Source: Candidatus Heimdallarchaeota archaeon
GTDB taxonomy: Archaea; Asgardarchaeota; Heimdallarchaeia; Heimdallarchaeales; Heimdallarchaeaceae
Direction of reading: 5' to 3'
DNA: 13,326 bases
Assembly (NCBI GenBank): GCA_016839945.1
Contig: JAEOTE010000172.1
Location: 1-13,326, forward strand
Shown here piece by piece: positions 1-8,324 of the stretch (position 1 is the first letter of the stretch; each line of letters opens with the position of its first letter). The position numbers were made by a program, and so were the translations under genes. The notes beneath the pieces are model-generated. The model was not told the origin of the DNA, searched no databases, and was given only the letters and a program-made list of their open reading frames with translations.

Positions 1-16
1 ACTGTTTGAATTAACT

Positions 17-1984
17 ATGAAGGAGGAGGTAAGTTCCTTAACATTTGTGCTAGAACAAGTTGATGAAGATTCTAAAATTATAGCTTTAGCTGAAAAAATT
101 GCATCAAAGAAAAATCAACAACTTGATGAATTTGCAATAGAGTTACTTCAAGCAAAACATCTTAAAAGCCAGAAATTAGCTATTCGAATTCTCGGTTATT
201 TATACTCAATAAAAGGAAAAATAGATTTAAAGAATGAAGTTATTCTAAATGAACTATTACAAGCATCAATAAGCATGTTACAAGATAGTGACATTGTAAT
301 TAGGGTAAGAGCAACCTCTTTGCTTGGAGAAACTGGAAATTCCAAAGCTGTAAAACCACTAATTAAAATATTAAAGGATAATAATTCTACCATACAAGAT
401 GTTGCAATTAATTCCTTGGTAAAACTTGGAGAAATATCTGTAGATCCGCTAATATCTATTCTCAAAAACAAAAAACATCCTGAAAGAATACGAGCTGTAA
501 AAGCGCTAGCTGATTTAAAAAATGAAAAAGCTATAGAACCTTTGATAAGCTGTGTAAGAGAGCAAAAAGATTTAATTAGCAACCATTCATTAGGTGCTTT
601 AGAAAATTTCTCCGATGAAAGAATAATAGAACTATCGATTGATATTTTAAAGAATGAAAATTCATCTTTGAGAAACAAAGCAGCAAAAGTTTTGGGATCA
701 ATGGGAGATAACAGGGCAGTAAAACCATTAATCAATTATCTAAAAGAAGGATTGCCAAACTGGAATAGAAGTGCAGAAGGATCATTAGTAAAACTAGGTC
801 ATAGAGATGAATTAATTTCATTAGTCAACAATAGCTTAAATAATCCAGATCCTAAATTCAGAGAAGTATTTGTTGATAGATTAGGAGGAATAGAAAGTAA
901 ACAATTAGCACGTGAGTCTTTAATAATTGCTTTAGAAGATGAAGATAAAGTAGTTAGAAATAGGGCTTTCTTCGTATTAGGATCTATGAAAGATCCAGCT
1001 ATTATTCCTGTTCTCATAGAGAAATTGCAACATGAAGATTCTAGGGTAAGATTGGCAGCTGTAGAAGCATTACCGAGAATAAGTGGAAAGCAAGTTGTTA
1101 AACCCCTAATTAAATTACTAGAAGACGAAAATCAGCAAGTAAGAGATGCTGTGGCTGATAAGTTAAGTACACTAGGAGACATAGTAATTGAACCATTATT
1201 ACAAGCTTTAGAAGATGAAAAAGAGGTAGTTAGAAGAGGAGCAGTGATGGCTTTTGGATTATTTCTTCATTCTCCTCGAATACATCATCTCATGGAACAT
1301 GATGAATACGAAAATAAAATAATAGAAGTTATAGAGGATTTAGAAACAAAAGAGTTGGAGAAAGTTAGGAAGTATATACTTGATACAAAGAGTGATATTA
1401 TAGGAAAGGGAGATAAAGAAACCAAAGAAAGTTGGAATATACTAGCAAAAAAATTAAGCTCAACTAACTTGAATATATCCGCAAGAGGAGTTAGCTCTGG
1501 TTGGATTAGAGGGATTGATGTAAATATAATAAAAACTTGCTGTCAATACACTGGATTTTACCTTTTGGAAATTGATTTTATCAATGAATTGGTAGAAGAA
1601 AATAAATCTACGATTATTAATATTGCAAAAGAAATTTCAGAAAATCTAAGTATATTTAATTTGAATAACACTCTATTGGTAGATAGTGAAAGTGAGTGCT
1701 TCATTGATACCCAATTTGAAATTAGAGAAAATAATAAAGAGATATGGGAAGAATTTACTACAAGTTTAAGGGAGATGGATCCATATATTGTAAATGTTTT
1801 ATTAGATATTACAGAAAAACAAAGAACTTTAACTGTACAAATAGATAAGAGAAGTAAAATCTCTGTATTGAAAATTATAGAAATGGTAGAAGAGTTCGCA
1901 GAAGAAGTAAAGGTAACTTCTACAGAGAATAAAAAAGATGAACAAGTTATAGTAACTAATTTGAAAATAATAGAAGAATTGTAG
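17..1984 (+). CDS. HEAT/PBS-lyase-like repeat protein with uncharacterised C-terminal domain(s)
   Basis: 655-aa ORF with about 10 ~31-aa repeats of the type (P)LIxxLxDedxxVRxxAxxxLgxxg (e.g. PLIKLLEDENQQVRDAVADKLSTLG, PLLQALEDEKEVVRRGAVMAFG) over aa ~80-415. The last ~235 aa are non-repetitive. Confidence 0.9.
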   Translation: MKEEVSSLTFVLEQVDEDSKIIALAEKIASKKNQQLDEFAIELLQAKHLKSQKLAIRILGYLYSIKGKIDLKNEVILNELLQASISMLQDSDIVIRVRATSLLGETGNSKAVKPLIKILKDNNSTIQDVAINSLVKLGEISVDPLISILKNKKHPERIRAVKALADLKNEKAIEPLISCVREQKDLISNHSLGALENFSDERIIELSIDILKNENSSLRNKAAKVLGSMGDNRAVKPLINYLKEGLPNWNRSAEGSLVKLGHRDELISLVNNSLNNPDPKFREVFVDRLGGIESKQLARESLIIALEDEDKVVRNRAFFVLGSMKDPAIIPVLIEKLQHEDSRVRLAAVEALPRISGKQVVKPLIKLLEDENQQVRDAVADKLSTLGDIVIEPLLQALEDEKEVVRRGAVMAFGLFLHSPRIHHLMEHDEYENKIIEVIEDLETKELEKVRKYILDTKSDIIGKGDKETKESWNILAKKLSSTNLNISARGVSSGWIRGIDVNIIKTCCQYTGFYLLEIDFINELVEENKSTIINIAKEISENLSIFNLNNTLLVDSESECFIDTQFEIRENNKEIWEEFTTSLREMDPYIVNVLLDITEKQRTLTVQIDKRSKISVLKIIEMVEEFAEEVKVTSTENKKDEQVIVTNLKIIEEL

Positions 1985-2044
1985 GTATTTGTTTTCGATT
2001 GAAAGAAGAACAGATATAAATCAAATTGAAGATAGTTGATTGCT

Positions 2045-2125
2045 ATGGGGAAAGAAGAAGAAGAACCAACTTTTGAAGAATTAGTCAAACAGCTGAAAGA
2101 TGAAAGTAAAGGTTTAACTAGCTAA
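2045..2125 (+). pseudogene. Truncated 5' remnant of a HEAT-repeat paralog, or a small ORF (MGKEEEEPTFEELVKQLKDESKGLTS*)
   Basis: ATG at 2045 with TATAAA at 2015-2020. The peptide resembles the N-terminus of the upstream ORF (MKEEVSSLTFVLEQVDEDSK) and the HEAT LxxxLkDe motif. It runs into the stop of the convergent gene. Confidence 0.45.
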
Positions 2126-2957
2126 TTTCCATTAATTTTATTCTTCTTTTCCTATATTCCCTGAGAATTATAGATACAACAATAAATATTAAACATATTA
2201 AGTTGAAATACCAAAATTCCTTGGATAAGAAGTCAAATAGATGCCCAACAATTCCTACTTTGGGAAGTTCTAATATATAACTTATTAGACTGATTAATGA
2301 AACGAAAGCTAAATATCCAATTCCCAAAAATAAATATCTTTGCCAATATTTTATCTCATGAATTGATTTTCTTTCTTTATCTTTTTTTATAATTCTTGGA
2401 AAGAAAAATCCTGTTGATTTTCTATATTGGTTGAATTCATCTCCAAATTTCTTAGCTAAGTTCTTATCTTCAAAATCTGACATGATTATTAAGATCAATG
2501 AAAAGAATGACCAAGAGACAATTTCTCCTATTCTAATGAACTCATCTATGGTCCAAGGGATATAAAGAGAGATACATAATGACATTAGTATTATTCCTAG
2601 ATGCTGTGGATGCCTTATGAACTTATATGGACCAGTTTTTACCAAACCAGTTTTGTTAATCTTAGCTTTAGCTATAAGAATTACTCCCCATACAAACAAA
2701 CACAATCCAACTCCAAAAATAATAAACTCAGTAACTATAAGAGCAATCATTGTATCATTAGCGGAGATAACTCCCAACATCCAATCTTTCTGTCCAAGGA
2801 ATGCAAAAATCCACCAAGAGGTAAAAGCAGCTGGAAACATCCATATCATTGCGAATAGAATACCTGCTATGATAGGCGAATAAATCCAAATAAAGGATGG
2901 AATTAGTAATATTTTTTCAATAATCTTTGATATGTTTAAACTATTTTCGTTTTTCAT
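2118..2957 (-). CDS. Isoprenylcysteine carboxyl methyltransferase / phospholipid methyltransferase (ICMT/PEMT/Ste14-like) membrane protein
   Basis: Signature LVKTGPYKFIRHPQHLG and EDKNLAKKFGDEFNQYRKSTGFFFP; multiple hydrophobic TM segments. Confidence 0.85.
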   Translation of the reverse strand: MKNENSLNISKIIEKILLIPSFIWIYSPIIAGILFAMIWMFPAAFTSWWIFAFLGQKDWMLGVISANDTMIALIVTEFIIFGVGLCLFVWGVILIAKAKINKTGLVKTGPYKFIRHPQHLGIILMSLCISLYIPWTIDEFIRIGEIVSWSFFSLILIIMSDFEDKNLAKKFGDEFNQYRKSTGFFFPRIIKKDKERKSIHEIKYWQRYLFLGIGYLAFVSLISLISYILELPKVGIVGHLFDFLSKEFWYFNLICLIFIVVSIILREYRKRRIKLMEIS

Positions 2958-3086
2958 GGTTTAAATGAGACAAAGACACTGAAGTAAGTAATTGTGTATA
3001 TTTTGACACATTTGCGAAGACTATTCTTCTTAAAGTGAATCAAATTTTGTCTTTTCTATTTCTTCTTTCTCTTTGCATTAAGACAC

Positions 3087-3114
3087 AAACGAAATATTTA
3101 GACTGCTTAAAAAA
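3087..3114 (+). repeat. Direct repeat copy 1 (AAACGAAATATTTAGACTGCTTAAAAAA), left of TA module
   Basis: 27/28 identical to 3654-3681; weaker similarity continues (AAGATT..CCTA) to ~3129. Confidence 0.9.
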
Positions 3115-3179
3115 GTAAAAGATTTCCTAATAAATAATAAATATTAAATAGTTTTATGCAGTTTTTATATTTGACTATC

Positions 3180-3371
3180 ATGACTGTTGATAAGGTAGAA
3201 TCTTTAGTTGATAAAATATCTTTTCTTGAGAAAAAAATTAACAGAATTGAGGAACTATTGCTACTACTCATTGAAGAAGAATATCTTACTGAGGAAGAAA
3301 AACAGCGAATCGAACAAGCAGATGAGCTTATTAAAAATAAGAAATTCAATGAATTAGTTAAGGTGAAATAA
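3180..3371 (+). CDS. Antitoxin of RelBE-type TA pair (archaeal aRelB-like)
   Basis: Small protein (63 aa from ATG 3180; ORF track starts at 3156) with a coiled-coil N-terminus and acidic EEEYLTEEEK segment. Its stop overlaps the toxin start (TAATG). Confidence 0.75.
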   Translation: MTVDKVESLVDKISFLEKKINRIEELLLLLIEEEYLTEEEKQRIEQADELIKNKKFNELVKVK

Positions 3372-3637
3372 TGGTAGAAAAACCTGATTTTGAGGTCTTT
3401 CTCCTACCTATAGCTTCAAAAGAATTAGAAAAGCTACCTAAGAAGGTAAAAACACAAATCAAGGATTTTTTAAAAAATTTAAACAAACCTTTTCTTATCT
3501 CTTCACGAAAACTGAAAGGAGTTGAGAATGCATATAGAGTGAGAATAGGAGATTATAGAGTTTTATATAAGATTTATACTGATGAAAATGTAGTTGTTAT
3601 CATTAAAATAGCACACAGAAAACATGCATACAAATAA
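3371..3637 (+). CDS. relE: Type II toxin, RelE/ParE (RelE/StbE) family mRNA interferase
   Basis: 88 aa, basic; AxKELEKL, KLKG, YRVRIGDYRVLY, IAHRKHAY motifs; AGGTGA SD at 3361-3366. Confidence 0.92.
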   Translation: MVEKPDFEVFLLPIASKELEKLPKKVKTQIKDFLKNLNKPFLISSRKLKGVENAYRVRIGDYRVLYKIYTDENVVVIIKIAHRKHAYK

Positions 3638-3653
3638 AAGCTCTTTTGTCAGA

Positions 3654-3681
3654 AAACGAAATATTTAAACTGCTTAAAAAA
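3654..3681 (+). repeat. Direct repeat copy 2 (AAACGAAATATTTAAACTGCTTAAAAAA), right of TA module
   Basis: 27/28 identical to 3087-3114. Confidence 0.9.
3657..3669 (+). promoter_or_regulatory. Archaeal BRE + TATA box of the carbamate kinase gene (probably leaderless)
   Basis: CGAAA followed by TATTTAAA ending 26 nt before ATG 3696; no SD in between. Confidence 0.65.
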
Positions 3682-3695
3682 AGAAGATTATACCT

Positions 3696-4649
3696 ATGTC
3701 AGAACAGAAAAAAGTAGCAGTTGTTGCTATTGGTGGTAATTCACTAATCAAAGATAAGAAGCACAAAACTGTACAAGATCAATATGAAGCTGCTAAAGAA
3801 ACATCATTTCATTTAGTAGATATGATTGAAGCAGGATGGGATCTTGCTATTGGCCATGGAAACGGACCACAGGTGGGATTCATTTTACGACGAAGTGAAA
3901 TCGCTCATAAGGTGGCAGGTATGCACGAACTACCGTTAGATGTTTGTGGAGCTGATAGTCAAGGTGCTATTGGTTATGCTTTGCAACAGAATATCCAAAA
4001 TGAGCTTAAGAAAAGAGGAATTGATAAACCTGTAACTACAGTAGTAACACAAGTTCGTGTAGAACCAAATGATCCTGCTTTTCAGACACCTACTAAACCT
4101 ATTGGTTCATTCATGGAAGTAGAAGAAGCTGAACAAAAAAAAGAAGAATTAGGTTGGAATGTAGTTGAAGATTCTGGTCGTGGTTGGCGTCGAGTAGTTC
4201 CTTCTCCGTTACCTGTAGAAATTATGGAATTGAAGGCAGTCAAAAAGCTTATTGAATCTGGAATAATCACAATTACAGTAGGAGGTGGAGGAATACCAGT
4301 TATTCAAACTGATCAAGGAATTATAGGAACTGAAGCAGTAATTGACAAAGATTTTGCATCTGCATTATTGGCTGAAAAAATTAATGCTGATATGCTTTTG
4401 ATATCAACTGCTATTGAAAAAGTCTCCCTGAATTTTGGTAAACCAAATCAATCAGATATAGATAAAATGACTATTGTTGAAGCAAAGAAATATCTAGATG
4501 AAGGACACTTTGGTAAGGGATCTATGGAACCTAAAATTAAAGCAATAGTTCAATTTTTAGAACAGGGTGGAAAAGAAGCTTTGATTACCAATCCCGAAAA
4601 TATCAGTCGAGCTCTAAAAGGTGAAACAGGAACTAGAATAATTCCTTAA
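3696..4649 (+). CDS. arcC: Carbamate kinase (ArcC/YqeA-like)
   Basis: VVAIGGNSL, HGNGPQVG, PTKPIG, EDSGRGWRRVVPSP, GGGGIPV, EAVIDKD, GSMEPK motifs; 317 aa. Confidence 0.97.
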   Translation: MSEQKKVAVVAIGGNSLIKDKKHKTVQDQYEAAKETSFHLVDMIEAGWDLAIGHGNGPQVGFILRRSEIAHKVAGMHELPLDVCGADSQGAIGYALQQNIQNELKKRGIDKPVTTVVTQVRVEPNDPAFQTPTKPIGSFMEVEEAEQKKEELGWNVVEDSGRGWRRVVPSPLPVEIMELKAVKKLIESGIITITVGGGGIPVIQTDQGIIGTEAVIDKDFASALLAEKINADMLLISTAIEKVSLNFGKPNQSDIDKMTIVEAKKYLDEGHFGKGSMEPKIKAIVQFLEQGGKEALITNPENISRALKGETGTRIIP

Positions 4650-4669
4650 TGCAGTATGAATTTTTTGAT

Positions 4670-4996
4670 TTATACTCTTATAACCTCGTCAAGTATTTGT
4701 TTTCCTAGATTTGGTTTAAGTGTTTCCTTCATTACTAAATCTACTTTTATTTCTAGTAGTTCGCTCAAATAGTTTTCCAAGCGAATAATTTGAAATAGAC
4801 TAGGAGTTTCAAAAAATTCAACTAATATATCTATATCACTATATCTTTTTTGTTCATTTCTAACAACTGAACCAAAAATACCTAAATAGTTAACCTTAAA
4901 CTGTTTTTCAATTTCCTTAAAATTTCTTCTTAGAATTTCTAAGTAAATTGCTACCTTATCATTCTCTTCTGATTCAATTGCAGTCATTCTTTTCAT
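4670..4996 (-). CDS. Minimal nucleotidyltransferase (MNT, pol-beta superfamily; MntA-type antitoxin)
   Basis: IFGSVVRNEQKRYSDIDILVEF (GS-x10-DxD) and LSELLEIKVDLV; about 100 aa. Confidence 0.92.
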   Translation of the reverse strand: MKRMTAIESEENDKVAIYLEILRRNFKEIEKQFKVNYLGIFGSVVRNEQKRYSDIDILVEFFETPSLFQIIRLENYLSELLEIKVDLVMKETLKPNLGKQILDEVIRV

Positions 4997-5063
4997 CTTT
5001 TACTATTCAATTTAATATAAAAATACTTTAGCATTGTTAATTTAGATTATATTTGCTCTCATC

Positions 5064-7697
5064 TTATTTTCTTGCAATTGGTAATTCAAATCTCCATTTA
5101 CCATCATATTGATAGCAGGCTCCTACAATAGCTCCAGCTGTTGGAACTAATCCTATCTCCCCTACGCCTTTTGATCCAAATCCTAGAATTTCTTCAGGTT
5201 CTTCTATGATAATAACTTCAACCTCAGGAGTTTCTTTAGCTTTAACTATCTGAAGATCCCTCATCTTAAAAGAATCAGGTACCCCCTTTGTTGTTGGAAA
5301 GTTTTCCGAAAGTGTATGTCCTACTCCCATGTGAATTCCACCTTCGATTTGTCCAGCTACTGCCATTGGATTGATTGCTTTTCCTACATCATGAGCTGCA
5401 ATAATTTTCTTAAGATTACCATCTTTATCCAAGAAAGCAACTTGAACAGCATAACTAAATGCTAGATGAGTAACTGGATTGTCAACTTGAATTCCTGGTT
5501 TGACAGTAAAGTTGGTTACAAACTCTCCATGAAACTCTTCACCTGCAAGTTCTTTGAGTGATTTTGTTTGCAAAGCAGAAGCAAGTTTTTCAGCTGCATA
5601 TTTTGCAGCCATTGAATCAAGTGCTGTTCCTCTAGATGCAGTAGTCATTCCACATTTAGTATTAGGATAGCTGATTGATTTAACACTCATCTGTGAAGGA
5701 GGAATGTTAGTCAGTTCTGTAACAACTTGAGTTAGTACAGTAAACAATCCTTGACCCATTTCAGTGAAACCAGTTAAGATTTCAATTTGTTCATCATCTA
5801 GTACTTTGATGAGTACTCTCCCAGTATCTTCGAGAGCATTACCTATCCCAGTATTCTTAATCCCACAAGCTATACCTGTTGGTACTTCCGAATTTTTGTA
5901 AACTCCCTTAACAGCATCAAGACATTTTTGTAAACCAACAACAGTTTTAGTCATCTTTTGTCCAGTGGCAAATCTTTGACCTTCTCTGAGAATATTTATT
6001 TCTCTAATGTCATAATCATCAATCTCGATTCCATCATCTCTCATCTTTGCAGCAATCAAATTCAAACAAGTCTCAATAGCAAAGGCAGTTTGGTTAACAC
6101 CGAATCCACGCATTGCACCACATGGAGGATTGTTTGTGTGCACAGCTTTTGCATCAATGTCAACATTTGGAACATAATAAGGACCGCATGAATGACCTGC
6201 AGCTCTTTCAACCACTTGAGCACCTACTGATGCATATGCACCAGTATCAGCTATGAGTCTAAGTTTAACTGCAGTTAACTTTCCATTTTCATCAGCACCT
6301 ACTTCATAATCCATTGTCATTGGATGACGTTTTGGATGTAACCTCATTGATTGTTCTCTAGTGAGTACAGTCTTGACTGGTTTTTTCAACAGAAAAGATG
6401 CTATAGCTGTTTGAGCTTGACATGAGAGATCCTCTTTACCACCAAAAGCACCTCCATTAGTCACTAGCTCAACAATAACATCTTCCTTATCTAACCCAAG
6501 TACTTCAGCAATCTGTCTTTGATCTTCATGAACACCTTGTCCTTGACTGTATACATGTATACCCCCTTCAGTTGAAATTGCTAGACAACTTTCGACTTCC
6601 ATGAAGGCATGTTCAATTCTTTGAGTCTTGAATTGTTGTTTGATAACATACTTGGAATTTTCTAAAGCTTGGTTGACTTCACCTCTTGTGAAAAATGTGT
6701 GACCTAGTAGGTTTCCTTTATCATGAACTTTTTCTGCATTAGGTAACAAAGCTTTTTCAGGATCATCAATTGGTTCAAGTATTTCATATTTGATTTCAAT
6801 TTTGTCAAGAGCTGCTCGAGCATGAATCATTGAATCAGCTACGACCATTGCTAGAATATCACCAATGTATCTAGTGATTTCTCCTTCGGCAACAAAAACA
6901 GGCCAATCAGAAAAAATGTGTCCAATGAATCTTTTTCCAGGAACATCTTCAGCTGTAAATATTCTTACAACACCACTAGCTGATTCTACTTTTGTTGTAT
7001 CTATCTTAATTACTTTAGCTCTTGGATGTTCACTTAACAATAAAGCTCCATGAAGCAAACCCTCTACTTCCATGTCTGCAATGAAAGGTTTCTTTCCAAG
7101 TGCCATGTCAATTCCTCTGTAGCGATGAGTACTATCACCAACCCCTTTTTCTTTTGGAGTGTATTCTCTTTTCATACCATACTTCTCACCAAAGAAATCA
7201 GCTCTTCGGGGATGACTCAAAATAACAGTGTCTTTCTTTTGCCAATGTTCTTCAGCTGTTTCCATTGCATCGAGGATTCTTTGATAACCAGTACAACGAC
7301 AAAGATTACTTGAAATTGCTTTGGCCTTCTCTTCTCTTGTAGAAGAGGGATGTGTATCAAGAAATCCTTTGATGCGAAGCATTAAACCTGGCGTGCAGTA
7401 GCCACATTGAATCGCCCCTTCCTTAACAAGGGATTTGGAAAGAATATCTTTTTCAGTTTCACTTAGACCTTCAATGGTTGTAACTTCTTTACCCTCAACA
7501 AAAGCTGGATCTCTTCTACATGACATCATAGGTTTATTATCGATAAGTACAGTACATGCTCCACAAAATCCTTGACCTGAACAACCATCTTTGCAGCTTT
7601 TAATTAAACAAACTTCTCTTAGCACATCTAGAAGACTCATACCTTCTTCGTACTCTGCTGTTATCTCTTTTCCATTAAGAGTAAATGTTACATCCAT
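5064..7697 (-). CDS. xdh: Molybdenum hydroxylase, selenium-dependent xanthine dehydrogenase type (2x[2Fe-2S] fused to Moco-binding subunit, no FAD domain)
   Basis: N-terminal KDGCSGQGFCGACTV and QCGYCTPG...NLCRCTGY. Moco motifs EHAFME, GGAFGGKED, HPKRH, ADTGAYAS, AMRGFG, EMGQG, TTASR, GQIEGG and catalytic KGVGE. GHIFSDWP and NPVTH segments recall the clostridial/enterococcal Se-dependent XDH family (TIGR03311). Start placed at ATG 7697 because of the AGGTGA SD at 7707-7702 (ORF track: 7721). Confidence 0.9.
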   Translation of the reverse strand: MDVTFTLNGKEITAEYEEGMSLLDVLREVCLIKSCKDGCSGQGFCGACTVLIDNKPMMSCRRDPAFVEGKEVTTIEGLSETEKDILSKSLVKEGAIQCGYCTPGLMLRIKGFLDTHPSSTREEKAKAISSNLCRCTGYQRILDAMETAEEHWQKKDTVILSHPRRADFFGEKYGMKREYTPKEKGVGDSTHRYRGIDMALGKKPFIADMEVEGLLHGALLLSEHPRAKVIKIDTTKVESASGVVRIFTAEDVPGKRFIGHIFSDWPVFVAEGEITRYIGDILAMVVADSMIHARAALDKIEIKYEILEPIDDPEKALLPNAEKVHDKGNLLGHTFFTRGEVNQALENSKYVIKQQFKTQRIEHAFMEVESCLAISTEGGIHVYSQGQGVHEDQRQIAEVLGLDKEDVIVELVTNGGAFGGKEDLSCQAQTAIASFLLKKPVKTVLTREQSMRLHPKRHPMTMDYEVGADENGKLTAVKLRLIADTGAYASVGAQVVERAAGHSCGPYYVPNVDIDAKAVHTNNPPCGAMRGFGVNQTAFAIETCLNLIAAKMRDDGIEIDDYDIREINILREGQRFATGQKMTKTVVGLQKCLDAVKGVYKNSEVPTGIACGIKNTGIGNALEDTGRVLIKVLDDEQIEILTGFTEMGQGLFTVLTQVVTELTNIPPSQMSVKSISYPNTKCGMTTASRGTALDSMAAKYAAEKLASALQTKSLKELAGEEFHGEFVTNFTVKPGIQVDNPVTHLAFSYAVQVAFLDKDGNLKKIIAAHDVGKAINPMAVAGQIEGGIHMGVGHTLSENFPTTKGVPDSFKMRDLQIVKAKETPEVEVIIIEEPEEILGFGSKGVGEIGLVPTAGAIVGACYQYDGKWRFELPIARK

Positions 7698-8308
7698 TGT
7701 TTCACCTTGAAAGCTTCCCAATCTTCAGGAGTGTTGAGATTAAGTGTTATGTTATTGTCGTTAACAGATATAATTCTTGCTTTTCCTTGTTCTATCTTCT
7801 TATGTATCTCATGATCAAGACGAGTATTCAAGTCACATGATAAGAGATAATTCTTGAATTTTTCTGATAATAACACTGGATGTCCCTTTTTACCTTGAAA
7901 CTGTGGTATCAATACACTAGCTTCAAATAAATTTAGATTAAATGCTAGTTGTTTCCAGACTTCTTTAATTGGACATGGAACATCAAGAGGGAGTATAAAT
8001 ACTCCAGATTTGTGAGATTCTAATAATTTATGCAATCCATATTTTATTGAAGAAAATTGTCCTTTTGCAGGATCTGGATTTAATGCTACTTTGCATTTAC
8101 TAAGTTCAGGAATCTTCTCTAGATAAAGATCATTATCCTTTCCAAGAACAACAATAATTTTTGAAAAACCGATTTCTATTAAGCATTCAATTTGACGTGA
8201 AAAGAAAGGTTTACCATAATATTCCAGTAAACCTTTGGGCGTACCCATTCGTTTAGAATCTCCAGCTGCTAGAATAATAACAGATATCATTTTGAAATCA
8301 GATTTCAT
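7688..8308 (-). CDS. mocA: Molybdenum cofactor cytidylyltransferase (MocA/YgfJ-like, NTP_transf_3)
   Basis: IILAAGDSKRMGTPK, GQFSSIK, LPLDVP, GHPVL, NLNTPED; overlaps the xdh start by 10 nt. Alternative start at 8290. Confidence 0.85.
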   Translation of the reverse strand: MKSDFKMISVIILAAGDSKRMGTPKGLLEYYGKPFFSRQIECLIEIGFSKIIVVLGKDNDLYLEKIPELSKCKVALNPDPAKGQFSSIKYGLHKLLESHKSGVFILPLDVPCPIKEVWKQLAFNLNLFEASVLIPQFQGKKGHPVLLSEKFKNYLLSCDLNTRLDHEIHKKIEQGKARIISVNDNNITLNLNTPEDWEAFKVKQWM

Positions 8309-8324
8309 AAGTAAAACCTTTAGC

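Noticed and set aside
196-2088. Antisense ORFs 196-735, 799-1017 and 1558-2088
   Set aside because: Shadows of the HEAT gene; Ser/Phe/Ile-rich composition expected from the reverse complement.
3040-3085. Pyrimidine-rich tract encoding a basic tail on minus (possible gene-end remnant)
   Set aside because: Too short and low-complexity to support.
3087-3114. 28-bp repeat as a Xer/dif site, CRISPR repeat or IS terminal repeat
   Set aside because: No 11-6-11 dyad symmetry, only two copies 567 bp apart, direct orientation, and no cas or transposase genes.
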